DNA from: Anthoceros angustus
Lineage: Eukaryota; Plantae; Anthocerotophyta
DNA length: 64,000 bases
Assembly (NCBI GenBank): GCA_010909165.1
Contig: MU008178.1
Coordinates: forward strand, 1,066,369 to 1,130,368
Direction of reading: 5' to 3'
The notes under the pieces are model-generated. The model was not told the DNA's origin and searched no databases. It saw nothing but the letters and a program-made list of their open reading frames with translations. Both the position numbers and the translations under genes were made by a program. Shown here one piece after another: positions 23,571 through 35,495 of the stretch. How positions within the stretch are numbered: the first letter of the stretch is position 1; each line of letters begins with the position of its first letter.

Positions 23571-26299
23571 GATATCAGAGACATTTATTTTAGCATACGG
23601 GTTTTCTTTGCAAGGGATAGCACTCTACAAGTCCGTACGCAGGAGCTCATCAAGACAAAGTTGTTCGAACTTCAACATCTACCTCGCGTGCAAGAAGATA
23701 ATAGGGTTGAGGAGATCACGGTAGACCATTGTTTGGAGCCAATATCTCTTCTGGTAGGTACCTTCCTTCGAACGCATTGCTATTGTCTGTCACCCACCAC
23801 TGGACAACAAATTCGCAATGGACCAAAATGTTGTTTCAGATGAAAACCCTGAAATTAAGAATGGAGTAGAAGTGCAAGCAGGCGCCGATGATGATGGACA
23901 TCCGACTTGCAGTTCAGTTCCAATCGTGACAAGGACCCGCGGCAGAGGCAATGGGACGGCGAGTGCTACTGGTGCTTTTAAAGGCATGTTTGATGATAAT
24001 CCGGTACTAGGTCACCACCAAAAGAGACGGAAATACCGTAAAAGATAAAAAGGGGATAGGGTGTTCTTCGTCGCATTAGGGCATATGATAGATATATGAG
24101 AGCGGTCTAGGTGCACCTCCATCGATGTCTGCTACTTGTTATTTCGTCGGGAGGTCTGGCACATCCTCAGACCTCCAAAAGGACATGTTTCCCCATTAGA
24201 AGATCATTTTTCGTGTTCTTTTTGCACAGTGCGTGAACAAGTTTGCGCTTAGCATTGTTTAGGTGCACACTTGTGCGCGCCTAGGCCCCCCTGGAATACA
24301 AAAACATAGAGAACCACACAAAATGCAGAAACTGCGGACATGACGAAATTATGGAAGAATGAGGTCAATGACCCTTCATCACGTCGACTAAATCGCCATG
24401 AACCTGATTAGAAGGTGTCAGCTCGGTGTAAATGACTTGAGAGGAAGTGGCACCGGAGCTGAGAATACCAGAAACCAATGGATGAACACCTACAAAAAAC
24501 AACAAAAACCAAAACAACTTGAGTTTTTGGCAAAATAGGGTTGGGATTTTTTCCAAAACCCCTTTTGACAGGAGAAACCCCTTTCTACACATACGCTATT
24601 ACTTGTTCCACAAGTGAGGGAGAGGGATGACGATGAAGATGAGCCTACGGCCAAGAGAACATAGGCCATCCTGTTGAAAGAGGAAGAACCAATAAGACAG
24701 CAAGGTAAGAGGGGGGACCCATGAAAGGCCCCTAGATTTAGCTTGAGACATGGGCATGATGCCACTTGGAGAAGACTATCCTTAGGGGGGAGGCAAGCAT
24801 AAATGCTCATCAGCCAAGTAGTGGTGTGTAGGATAGGTAGGCAAATGCTTTAGTAGGAGTCATTAAGACTCAAGTGGGTGAAGACCACTGGAATAGATTT
24901 ATTTAGGATGAATCGGTGAACCCGGTTTTCAGGACTTAAAGACTGACGGTAGGAAACATTAAAATAGTGTGTGAGGCGGCATAGGGGAGGCATGCCAGGA
25001 GGAGGTCGGATGTGAGGCCCCTCCTATAAGAGGAAGGAATTTTGTGAAGTAAAGTATCGTATCTTGCTCCCAACCTCTTGAGTATTTTGCTTTGTGTGCA
25101 GGAATTTCGTGCCAGCTACAAGCTAACGTATTGCCTAGTAGAGAGGGAGTCCGTGGCGATCAGAGTGCCAAGTGGAGGGCTTGCTCCCTGCAAGCGCCCC
25201 TGCCAGTTGCTCCCCTTGTGAAGGGTTGTTGTGTGAATTGCTTTGCTTTGAGTGTGTGGCGATGCTCAAGGAACTCTCGGCTTGAGGGTAATTATAAACT
25301 GCAGGGAAAGACTCCCCGGAGGTTCTCGTTGTCTGGTGCAAACCACATAGCAACCGGCCCAAGGAAGAACTTGTTGATTCATGAGCGATCCCCAGGCAGT
25401 TGTGCCGTAAGGGCGAGTCGGAATCAATGAGCCAGCAAGAGGTGTTAAAATAAGAGATTGTGGAAGGAGAGGAAGTAGATGTGTAGGAGCAAAAAGAGCG
25501 TTAGTGATTGAGGAAGTTGAGTAGAGGATTAGAGTGTAGGAAGTAGCAGAAGGCCCAAAGCAGAGCCCACGGGATGAATCCCAATTCTGCAACAGGAAGG
25601 CGCTCCCATCGTTGAAGGAGTTAGTAACTGCCTTAGAGGTGGGGACAAAATCGCGGCGTGGGTCTGGGAGTCCCTGGGCGCCCGTGGTGGACTCCTTTCC
25701 TTTGAGGCATGGCCTTCGGTTGTGTTGTGTTATTGTAGGTCGAGAGTTGGTGAATTTTTTGAGCAATGCAAGTGAGGTTTCGTCCCGTGCGTTACTGAGG
25801 AAACCTTGCATAATGATGGAGTGTGTATTTTGATAAAGGACTCGTGTCCAGATAACCGCGCGTTGTGAAAGGGGGGCTCAACGCCTTCCGAATTATGTGT
25901 CTTGGGTGATCTTGCACGTGCACGACGAGGACGGTACGTGCAGGAAGTTGCTTGATTTTGACAACCGTGTTGAAGGGACATGAGGATGCTTGCAGATGCC
26001 TAGCAAGGGAAGGGGGCGAAGAAGTGACCAGAGGAGATCACCCCTACCTGTGACTGCAAGAGATTTGAGGGCTGCAAGGAGAAATCGGTTGTGAGAAGAA
26101 AGTACTGCTGCAGCAACTTGTCGACTTTAGGAAGAAGAAGAGATACAGGCGCTTGAGGAAGAAGCCGCCTTTGCTCTTGCCTACAAGGGCAGGACAAGTA
26201 AAGGCATTGAAGTCACTAACAGTGAAAGGAAGGAGGTCATCGAAGGAGAGCTGGTTCGTTAGGGAGAAGGTCCAACTCCTATAACTGAGATTTCCAAAT

Positions 26300-28470
26300 G
26301 CAAGTTATGGCCACGATCTGGTACGTCCTCCTCACTCTCCACGTTGGGAATTCTGGAGTGGTGGACCAAGCTCGACTTCAAGCGAGATAGAAAGTGAGGA
26401 AGGCGAGGTAAGCAGTGGATAATTTTATGCATGGTCTGAGGATCTTGCAGCACGCCTTGATCGGATTCTTTGCTCAACTTACGACTTTGCAACGCCCGAG
26501 GAGACACCGCACCAAAACCGTGCTCAAGTCTTTGTGCAAGACATCCCGCTTGCATGGAACGTTGGTTAGTGGATTTACCTGCAGGAGGAGGAGGGAGCGC
26601 GAGTTCATTGAGAGAAGCTGGGACAAGCAACATGAGTGGAGCTGGAAGAGGCGGAGGTTTGCCCCTACCCCACAGTCGCTAGCAATACGTCAAGTTTGGA
26701 GAGAAGAAGAAGGGCGATGACGCGGAGACGCACAAAGGCGCCTTTGTGCGCACTTTTGAGCATGTATCCCACGCTAACTTGGAGGACACTGTGGCGGATC
26801 GCCTGCGCAATTTCCTTGGGTTATTGAGGGGCATCAAAGATGGTACATCCGAACTTATGATGCAAGCGCACCCGTGGACTGGGATGCTTTGAAGGCAGCA
26901 TTTGTAAACCGTTTTTGAGGGCTCTACTACGCTCACCATACCTTGGCGAAGCTGAGAACTCTTTGCAGGAAGAAGAGGAAGTCCTTGTTTGATTATGTTG
27001 AGCGATTTTACGGGTACTTGGACCGGGTTCCGAAATGTGCACTAGTGGCGCCGAGAAACCCTCCCACGTCAGGTTACTTACAGGAGCAAGCGCTGGATTG
27101 GTTTGTAAGCAGATTGTCAAGAAGAATGGAGGTACATTGTCGCCGAGGGACTAAGACGTTGGCTGGAGCGCCAATTCATTTAGCATAAGAGTGGGAGTCG
27201 GCAGAGAAAGCCTATGAACAACGAATGAGGAAGGACTTGGAGAAAGTCAAGAAGAGACAAGAGGAAGCGCGCCTTTGGAGAAGGAGAAAAGCAGTTCGAT
27301 GAATGAAGAAGGAGAAACGTCTGCTGTAGGAGAAGGAATTGCGGATCAAGCTCGACTTCAAGCGAGATAGAAAGTGAGGAAGGCGAGGTAAGCAGTGGAT
27401 AATTTTATGCATGGTCTGAGGATCTTGCAGCACGCCTTGATCGGATTACTGCTCAACTTACGACTTTGGGCAACGCGTCCGGAGGAGACACCGCACCAAA
27501 ACCGTGCTCAAGTCTTTGTGCAAGACATCCCGCTTGCATGGAACGTTGGTTAGTGGATTTACCTGCAGGAGGAGGAGGGAGCGCGAGTTCATTGAGAGAA
27601 GCTGGGACAAGCAACATGAGTGGAGCTGGAAGAGGCGGAGGTTTGCCCCTACCCACGTGCAAGTACAGTTTGGAGAGAAGAAGAAGAAGGCGATGGCGCA
27701 CAAAGGCGCCTTTGTGCGCACTTTTGAGCATGTATCCCACGCTAACTTGGAGGACACTGTGGCGGATCGCCTGCGCAATTTCCTTGGGTTATTGAGGGGA
27801 CATGCTCAGCATGGTACATCCGAACTTATGATGCAAGCGCACCCGTGGACTGGGATGCTTTGAAGGCAGCATTTGTAAACCGTTTTTGAGGGCTCTACTA
27901 CGCTCACCATACCTTGGCGAAGCTGAGAACTCTTTGCAGGAAGAAGAGGAAGTCCTTGTTTGATTATGTTGAGCGATTTTACGGGTACTTGGACCGGGTT
28001 CCGAAATGTGCACTAGTGGCGCCGAGAAACCCTCACGCCGGTTACTTACGAGAATAGGTTGGTTTGTAAGCGGTTGTCAAGAAGAATGGAGGTACATTGT
28101 CGCCGAGGGACTAAGACGTTGGCTGGAGCGCCAATTCATTTAGCATAAGAGTGGGAGTCGGCAGAGAAAGCCTATGAACAACGAATGAGGAAGGACTTGG
28201 AGAAAGTCAAGAAGAGACAAGAGGAAGCTGAGCGCGCACTGGAGAAGGAGAAAACGGTTCGATGAATGAAGAAGGGAGAAACGTCTGCTGTAGGAGAAGG
28301 AATTGCAGATCAAGTAGAAGCCTTGACCAAGCGATTAACGGAATTGGAAGTCAAGAATGTGAAGAATCAAGTCACATGAAGATCGCCCTCTCATGCAAGA
28401 TAGTTTGTGTATTGCTCAATTTATCATCAATCGGAACACACCAATAGGGAGTGCATTCGAGCACCACGCC
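26300..28470 (+). pseudogene. Decayed Gypsy gag with an internal ~0.98-kb tandem duplication (26367-27346 / 27347-28313)
   Basis: WDALKAAFVNRF...LAKLRTLCRKKRKSLFDYVERF (Retrotrans_gag-like); degenerate knuckle C-S-I-Y-H-Q-S-E-H-T-N-R-E-C at about 28410-28455; the duplication junction shares (GAT)CAAG. Confidence 0.7.
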
Positions 28471-28599
28471 ATAGTCTTTGGCAATGGAGAATAGGACGAC
28501 GTCTCAGACTGCGTCATGTATAGCAATACGCTGCCCACCAATTGGACAATGAGCTAAGGGGGTTCCACAGTTGTTGAGGGGGACCCCATAGCTGCAGGT

Positions 28600-29470
28600 C
28601 ATGAGAGAACAGGCCAGAGGTTGGACCAGGCCTAGGCGGAACCCTATCACAATAAAAAATGAAGATGGATAAAAAGTCGGAAGGCATGCAAGGTCGGGCC
28701 AGAAGTAAGGAACCTGCTCCCCTCCTCAAACAAGATCGGAGGTGAGCTCGAGTGGGTTGAGCAAAGGAGAAATCCAGAAGTAGCTGGGCCTATTGTGCTT
28801 GCCCATGCTGCTAGCTGCTTCTCTTGGAGAGAGGTGTGAAGCTCACGGAAGCCATCTGCAAGGAATGAGGGAAAAGGAGGCATAATCTCCCCAGCTTGAG
28901 AGGATGAAAAGCCCCTAGTCGACCGTAAGGACACTTGCAGGGGGAAAGCCCCTCCTCCACGCCCAAGACGAAACCCTCCAAGATGCAAGAATCCCTTATT
29001 AGGAAGCGAGAGGCCAAGGTAAGGATAGAGAGATCCCAGCTTCCAAGAAAGACCGCCAGCACAGAGGCCTCCGTGGCCAACAGAGAACTGTGTGGTTGTG
29101 CCCCCAAACGGGATAGGTAGGGATGCTTGCCACCACGTAATATCCTAAGCAATACACTCAAAGGTACCTAGGCTAATGATGTCAACCAAAGCTTGCATGA
29201 CTTGGTTCTCGAAGTCCCTCAGGCTAGATAGAAATGCCAGAGAGGGACGCATATATTGAACCAGGTAGCCGGACGACGCATAAAGCACGAAGAAAGGATA
29301 CCAAAAGCCACTTGTGGATCTCCTAACAGAGAAAGGTCGCAAATGTGGGCCAAGTCCTCCTTCAAAGCTGCGTCTACGTACTCCAATATAAAGTCAAGGG
29401 GCCCCACTGGAACCTCTAAAACGCGAAGTCCCTACACAGAAAGAATATTTCCCCCAACATTTTAAAGAGA
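28600..29470 (-). pseudogene. Non-LTR (CRE-like) RT thumb and downstream region fragment
   Basis: GLRVLEVPVGPLDFILEYVDAALKEDL...LGDPQVAFGILSSCFMRRP..., QASLPIPFGG, and AHLRSC..GAGSLLLARPCMPS. Confidence 0.7.
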
Positions 29471-29734
29471 CATCGCATAAGAAATCCAAGTCTTCAACTT
29501 CTGCAATCCAAAAATGATGAAATACTTTAATTATTAGGGCACTATTCATTAGGGTTTCTATGAATCCCTAGAATTAATAATTAATTAATTCTTATGGTGA
29601 GAAGTAGTTACATTAGTTATTTATGGTTAATTGGTTAAAACAACCTATAACCACCTACTTCATATAAACTCAATGTACTTTCTATTATGATTTATCAATG
29701 CATAAGATCCTTTGAAAGTTCTTGATTCTCTTCA

Positions 29735-29746
29735 TGGTATCAGAGC
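29735..29746 (+). promoter_or_regulatory. Primer-binding site (tRNA-iMet) of the Copia element
   Basis: Exact TGGTATCAGAGC immediately after CA. Confidence 0.9.
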
Positions 29747-30681
29747 ACTCTTGCTCTCAAATTGATCATGCAACTACAAGCATCTAAGGAGCTCCTCTAG
29801 GAAGCGACATCTATCTAGGATTTTCATAGAAATGGAGTTTGCTTTTCCTAGAATTGCTCCCTTTGAATGCATTTCATTTGTGTACACATTTCTTCTCTAA
29901 CAATGTGTCATTATGCTAATCCTTTGTCTAATCTCATGGATTTCCTCATCCCTAGAAAGAATAGGCATAGGATTAAGAGAAGAGAGAGATCTACAAAGCA
30001 GGAAGCCCAGATTAAGAGCCATCAGGTTAGATGAAATAGAGAACTTGGTGTAATTGATAGAGAAATTGATAGAACCTCTATTTATATCTCTAATTTCATT
30101 GCCTCTATTCTAATTTCACAATCTGATCAAGGGGAATTTATCAAACTCTCTAGACGTAGTTTGTTAGAAGTTTTCAGCCTCATTCAGGTAAAAGCTATTG
30201 AATTAGCCCTTAATCACGTACCTAATTTGCGTGCTGGCCATATTGCTTCCTCATCTACAAATTTGCAGTCCTATACCACATCTGAAGTAGTTGCAAAAAT
30301 TAGATTAGAAATCCATCATTTCCAAAATTCTATTATTAATCACATAGAACCTTTAAGACAAAGTCTGTGACCTTTCTAGAGGATTTGATAAATTGAACAT
30401 TTCTGTATCTAGATTTTCTGATTCCGATTCTCTGGTAACAAATAATAAATTTGGACAACCTTTTAAATCTAGTAGTAACGAGTTATTTCCTTACAAACTC
30501 AAACCCTGTGACTTCAAGGGTCAAATCCTACATTTTAGATCAAAGTTGTCCATTTTAACTGACATGATCTCTCAGCAGCAATCAAGTAGCAGATGCCCAT
30601 TACCTTCATCAAGTTATGAAGCAGAAGCTGATGAAGAGCGCTTCCTACGAGGCGGCAATTTAGTTCTGTAAATCAACTACA

Positions 30682-31714
30682 ATGGTTGGAGTGATCAACG
30701 AGGAAGAACAAGCTGCTCCTAATCCCCCGGTGGGTAATGATAATGCTAATACTTCATTGCATTATCATTATAGTGACAGCTGCAGAGAGAAAGATAGATT
30801 CAATGGAAAAGATTATGACATCTGGGCATTGAGAATGAGAGGAGCTTTGCAGCAAAGAGACCTTCGGGGTATCGTCGATGGATCAATTCCAAGACCAAAC
30901 ACCTGATTTGAATGTGAACTTCAACCTTCCTGGGATGCCAGGGACGAGAAGGCACAAGACTTATTGGTTAGTGGACTTTCTCAACATATGGTGAGACATG
31001 TTGCACACGCAAAGACCTCCAAGGATATGTGGACTCACCTTGCTCAATTATATTCATCTAGAGATGTAATGAGTATTGTTGCAGCCTCACCTAATTTCCG
31101 CAACCTCTCAATGAAGGAGTCTGACACCATCGAATACTATGTTAATGCTTTTCGAGTGGCACGATCTCAATTGGAATCTGCAACTAGCGTACCTATCACA
31201 GAGATGAAGGCTTATGCCATCCTCTTATCTTCCTTGCCACCTTCTTATAGGCCCTTTATTACCACTCAAAATGCAATGATTCGCAATGCAAGAAAAACTG
31301 CTGATGAAGATCCTGATGAAGAGCCAGACATCAGTGTTTCTGAACTCATTGGAGCATTGCTACGGGAGGAGGCAAATAGACGTCACCCAAGTGATGTACA
31401 CTAAAAGGGGGAGAGGCAGAGGCCGAGGTCCCACTTCCTCGCGACCCCAATATAATTCTCAACTTGGAGAATCTTCATCTTCTTTCACACCTATAAGAGG
31501 TAACAAGAAGCGTGGAGTTATTTGCAATTGGTGCAGAATTCCAAATCATTTGAAGAAGGATTGTCACAAAAAGAAGAACGGGGAACCTAGGAAAGAGGCC
31601 CCGCCGGGAGCAAATGTTGTTGCGAAGAATAAGGCATCTTCCTCAACTCCCGCTATACTCACTGTATGCTTGGCTTCTTCCAAGCCTTCCAATCCTCATT
31701 GGTACTTGGACAAC
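30682..31714 (+). pseudogene. Copia gag-protease start (stop codon and frameshift)
   Basis: ORFs 30682-30906, 30964-31404 and 31286-31828 join into a UBN2-type gag, a CCHC knuckle and WYLD. Confidence 0.9.
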
Positions 31715-32243
31715 ATTGTCCAAGTACCAATGACTCCATCGGGCACAGCTTCCAGCTGGTTCTGGCTACCTGGGGTCAAAGCAAAGTACCGGGTCACACT
31801 ATTGCCAGTGGTGCGGACATCATCTTGACTACAATTGGCCCTCTCTGTTCTTGGCACAACCAGGTCCGGCGTTTGAAGCACATATTGCATCACCCAAGGT
31901 TGCACCGGTGGCGGAGAAGCGGCGATGATGTGCATTGTCCGGTGGGGTTTTACGAACATGAGTGTCCCCAAGAGTGGGAGCGTCGGAGACATTGGGGAAG
32001 CGACTATACGTACCTACGGAGAAACCACAACAATTGGAGTGGGCATGTGATGCGACGAACTTGAGCATAAAACACAATTTTGGCGGTGTGCACTCACGGA
32101 GAGTCTTGGAGAAGTTTTCTAGCTGCACAGGGAAGATGGCTTCAATTCCAGCACCCACATACCCTATACCATCTTTCAAAGCGGTCTTCCAATTGCTTGA
32201 AGTCATTCGATTGATGGTACTCTTTGTCCACTCTAGCTCTGGT

Positions 32244-32462
32244 CTAGCCAGTGTTCCAATTAAGCGCACTCGTAAAAGGCCACCCTTTGGCTTTCAGCCA
32301 TTGCGGAGGAACTTGCAGCTTGCAGTCTACTCTGGGGCAGATGACATGGAGCTGGAATGCCTGAAAAAGACAGGCATCATGGAAGCTATGCCCACATGGG
32401 AGGAAAACAAAATCGTTGCATGCAAACCACCTGCAGACACACAGCACATTTACATGGTACAT
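32244..32462 (-). pseudogene. RING-H2-type finger in a TE-derived insert
   Basis: FLPCGHSFHDACLFQAFQLHVICPRVDCKLQVPPQWLKAKGW; an N-terminal CAVC is recoverable with a 1-bp shift; homolog at 48694. Confidence 0.75.
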
Positions 32463-34925
32463 CTTAGAACAACAACAAGAACATCAAGGTTTCACGAGTC
32501 ACGAGCACTAACCTCCCACACGTAACAAAGGGTTATTTGAAGAGGCCCATTTGGCCTCTTGCGAAGGCGAGGAACCCATTGTGGCAGTGCTTCTTCAACG
32601 ACGGGTTATACAATCGGCAAAGGTTTCCATGGTACTCATGGACTACACTACACCTTTGATCTAGCACCTCATGCTTTTTTTGGAGGGCTAGAAGGGCACT
32701 TTCATGTGCCACCACTTGCGTTGCTCTTTCACACGAGCAAGCGGCATCCTCGGCACTGCCAAATCGTCCGACGTTAATAAGTAGTGGTCAGGTACATTGT
32801 TGGGCACAAGAGGTGATCTCACAATTACAAACCTGGGTCGAGATGACGCTCTTGACACGAGCAATCACAAAGTCGAAGCACCAACCGAGCTGCCGTCAAC
32901 TTATTTTGCTCGCAACGCCTTTGCGGACAATGCCTCCTCTTCCTCGCTTGTGCAAGGAGCAATGCAAGCTCCCCTTCACTTTTGTGGCCACGTCAGCGTT
33001 TGCCAAGCATGGTGCGGAACAAGGAACCCATTAGAATGTACAAATTGTTCACCAAGTTCCCGGATCAATGTCCACCACGTGGTAAAGTGATCACCACGGT
33101 CATCGATGACCAAGCGGTCAACGAACCAAAGCAGTCCGATATGGGTAATTGGTCGTGGCCTAGTGACCAGCAAAGCAGGAGGTGTGCAAGTAGCACAACT
33201 CCGCCCTGGATATATTTTCACACATGGACGATGGGGCAAAGCGCCACAAGTGAGACTCATGAAGAAACATTGAACACAAAACACACAAGTGCGTACATGA
33301 ACACACAAAAGGCGGATATGACTAATGGTCCTCTAATACAAGGGTACCAAAAACCGGCCTAGGCATGCGCGGACAACAAGCGTGACGGGCACCCTTCAAT
33401 GCACAGTCACCAAGGAGAACTAACTGGCGGATCGGCTTACCACGCCCTTACGGTGGCGGCGAAAACCAAGGATGGAAACTTGGGCGGCATGAAAAAAGCG
33501 GCTTCCGGAGGCATCGCAAGATCCCATCTATTGAAAACCAAAAACCAATAGCATCCGGGTTTCACAACATATGTAGAGCCGGCAGACATACCAAAACTCT
33601 TAAGTGACCGAACCCTTCACGCCTACCTCCCGGCAACCTTCTAGAAGAGCAGATGGCAACAGCACGAGTACACCATAACATCCACGGTACAACCAGCAGC
33701 CGAGACCTTAGCACCATCATACGAGCAAGCGAGTTGCACCGCTTGCAACCACTAACACCCCACCGATTTATGCCGCATGCGAGATGAAGTGGGATAAGAG
33801 CACAGCGGAAATCGGATCCAAGCAACGTTAGACAACTAGCACCCCGGACCACCACCTATGCTTAAATTCGGTAGCCACACATGGGCATACGATGCACCAA
33901 GCCCTTACGGATCGGCGGCGAAGAAGCGGAGCAATGGGCAGCAGCTAGCGCTCAGTTACCAGCACATCGACCAACCCATATCACGGCACCCCATACATCG
34001 CCAGAAATCGCCGGCGATGCTGCGGCAAATCTATTCAACCTCCATCCACCACTAGGTTAGCACGATCACGACGAATTAGCTTAAATCCAACATCCACGGT
34101 GCGAAGATTACCACCGGCACCACCAACACCGTCGGCGAGATAACAACGGCTAGAACGCTAGAATAAAGCAGGACATCACCGGAAAGAGGTGAGCCACGAA
34201 GATGGGCACAAAACGAAACAACGGCCCGGATAAGTGCACAAAATCACCGATTGAAAACCATGCGCCCGGTAAGGAGAGCAGCGCGCAAAAAGCGCGCATC
34301 ACCAAGCCCTCTACCACGAGATTAGAACACTAGAATAAGAAGGTGGGCATCGGCCTCAAAATAGGAAAGCACATCCAAGATGGGCGCATAAGAGGAACAA
34401 AATCAGCGACGGCCCCTAGCGCACGAAATCACACGTTGGCGAACCAAGGCGGCCTCTAGCGGGAGAAGCGGCAAAGAAGCGTGCACCAGCACCCACATTA
34501 CAAGCAACATTACAAGCAACCCATACCAGCACCCCATACATCGCCAGGAAATCACTAGCACCCCATCCTTCAGCCAATATATCCAGACATGCATCCACAA
34601 CTAGGTTAGCACCACCGCCACAGGTGCCCCAACATCAGCAACCGTCCACCCATGTCGAGTCCCGATACCCCGCCCATGTTGTAAAGTGGCAACACCTCAC
34701 GCACGAGAGCGAACCTTTTGGCGATGTCTCTAAAAGTGCGGTTGGCTGCTCATTGGAATCGTGTAAGCGCCCGCCCGGCGTCACCAAATGCGGCCTCCAC
34801 TCCTGTCGACTCCCTTCCACCTCGTGATCACCTGGAATAGAAGAGGCTTTAGAAGCCTTAGGAGGTGAGACAGAGGAGGGGGAGCAGTCGCCCGGCTCTG
34901 TGACCTCGTCACGGGCCCGGGCTGC

Positions 34926-35495
34926 CTATGGAGAACTGCTCCTCCTCCTTGTCCTCCTCGGCCATTTCTTCAACTTCCACCTCTTTCTCATCCATCCCAG
35001 TGTTCTTCCCTTCGCCTCCTTTGCCTCCTTCGCCTCCTTCTTCGCCTCAGTCTTCAAAAGGAAGGCTGCCCAGCTCACACATTTGCACAGTTTCTTCTCT
35101 ACCAAAAGTCCCAAGGCCATGGACACAGGCACCAGTGAGTTGCACCAGGCGTTTCCATAGATGTGGTATAATAGATCATCTACGTGCCTCCACTCCTGAG
35201 CTGAGAGTGTGTCTGTGCCTTGCCATACAAAGCCTATGTTCTCGTTTCGTACCTTGCCAAAGGCATCAGACAACACGTCCGGCCCTCCCAATCTCTCCTT
35301 CAAACCCATCAAAAACTTGTCGTTTCGGACGTCCAAGCCTTTCATGCTTCTTCCATCACCATCGTGCCAATTCCATACCTTGCCACGAAGGTAGGAGTAT
35401 CTCGATTCGGCATCGATCGGGCAGCCCGATCTTGCAGCCTTGGCTGCCGCTTCATTGCGAGCTTCCTTAAGCGATGAGTGCTCCCTAGGAGCCAT
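34926..35495 (-). CDS. TE accessory ORF, unknown domain (189 aa)
   Basis: Open ATG-started frame; LRGKVWNWHDGDG..GLDVR..LKERLGG..AFG...NIGFVW aligns with 46845-47100. Confidence 0.6.
   Translation of the reverse strand: MAPREHSSLKEARNEAAAKAARSGCPIDAESRYSYLRGKVWNWHDGDGRSMKGLDVRNDKFLMGLKERLGGPDVLSDAFGKVRNENIGFVWQGTDTLSAQEWRHVDDLLYHIYGNAWCNSLVPVSMALGLLVEKKLCKCVSWAAFLLKTEAKKEAKEAKEAKGRTLGWMRKRWKLKKWPRRTRRRSSSP

Noticed and set aside
24400-26000. Decayed LINE ORF1 or endonuclease (also 36200-37500)
   Set aside because: Coding-like patches exist but no diagnostic motif (GDFN, SDH, YADD) could be read.
23570-29470. A 5.8-kb inversion splitting a single CRE-like element
   Set aside because: The minus-strand fragment appears to retain its own RT domain 6-7 remnant (FGLQ..LKTWIS), overlapping the plus fragment, so two copies is the simpler explanation.
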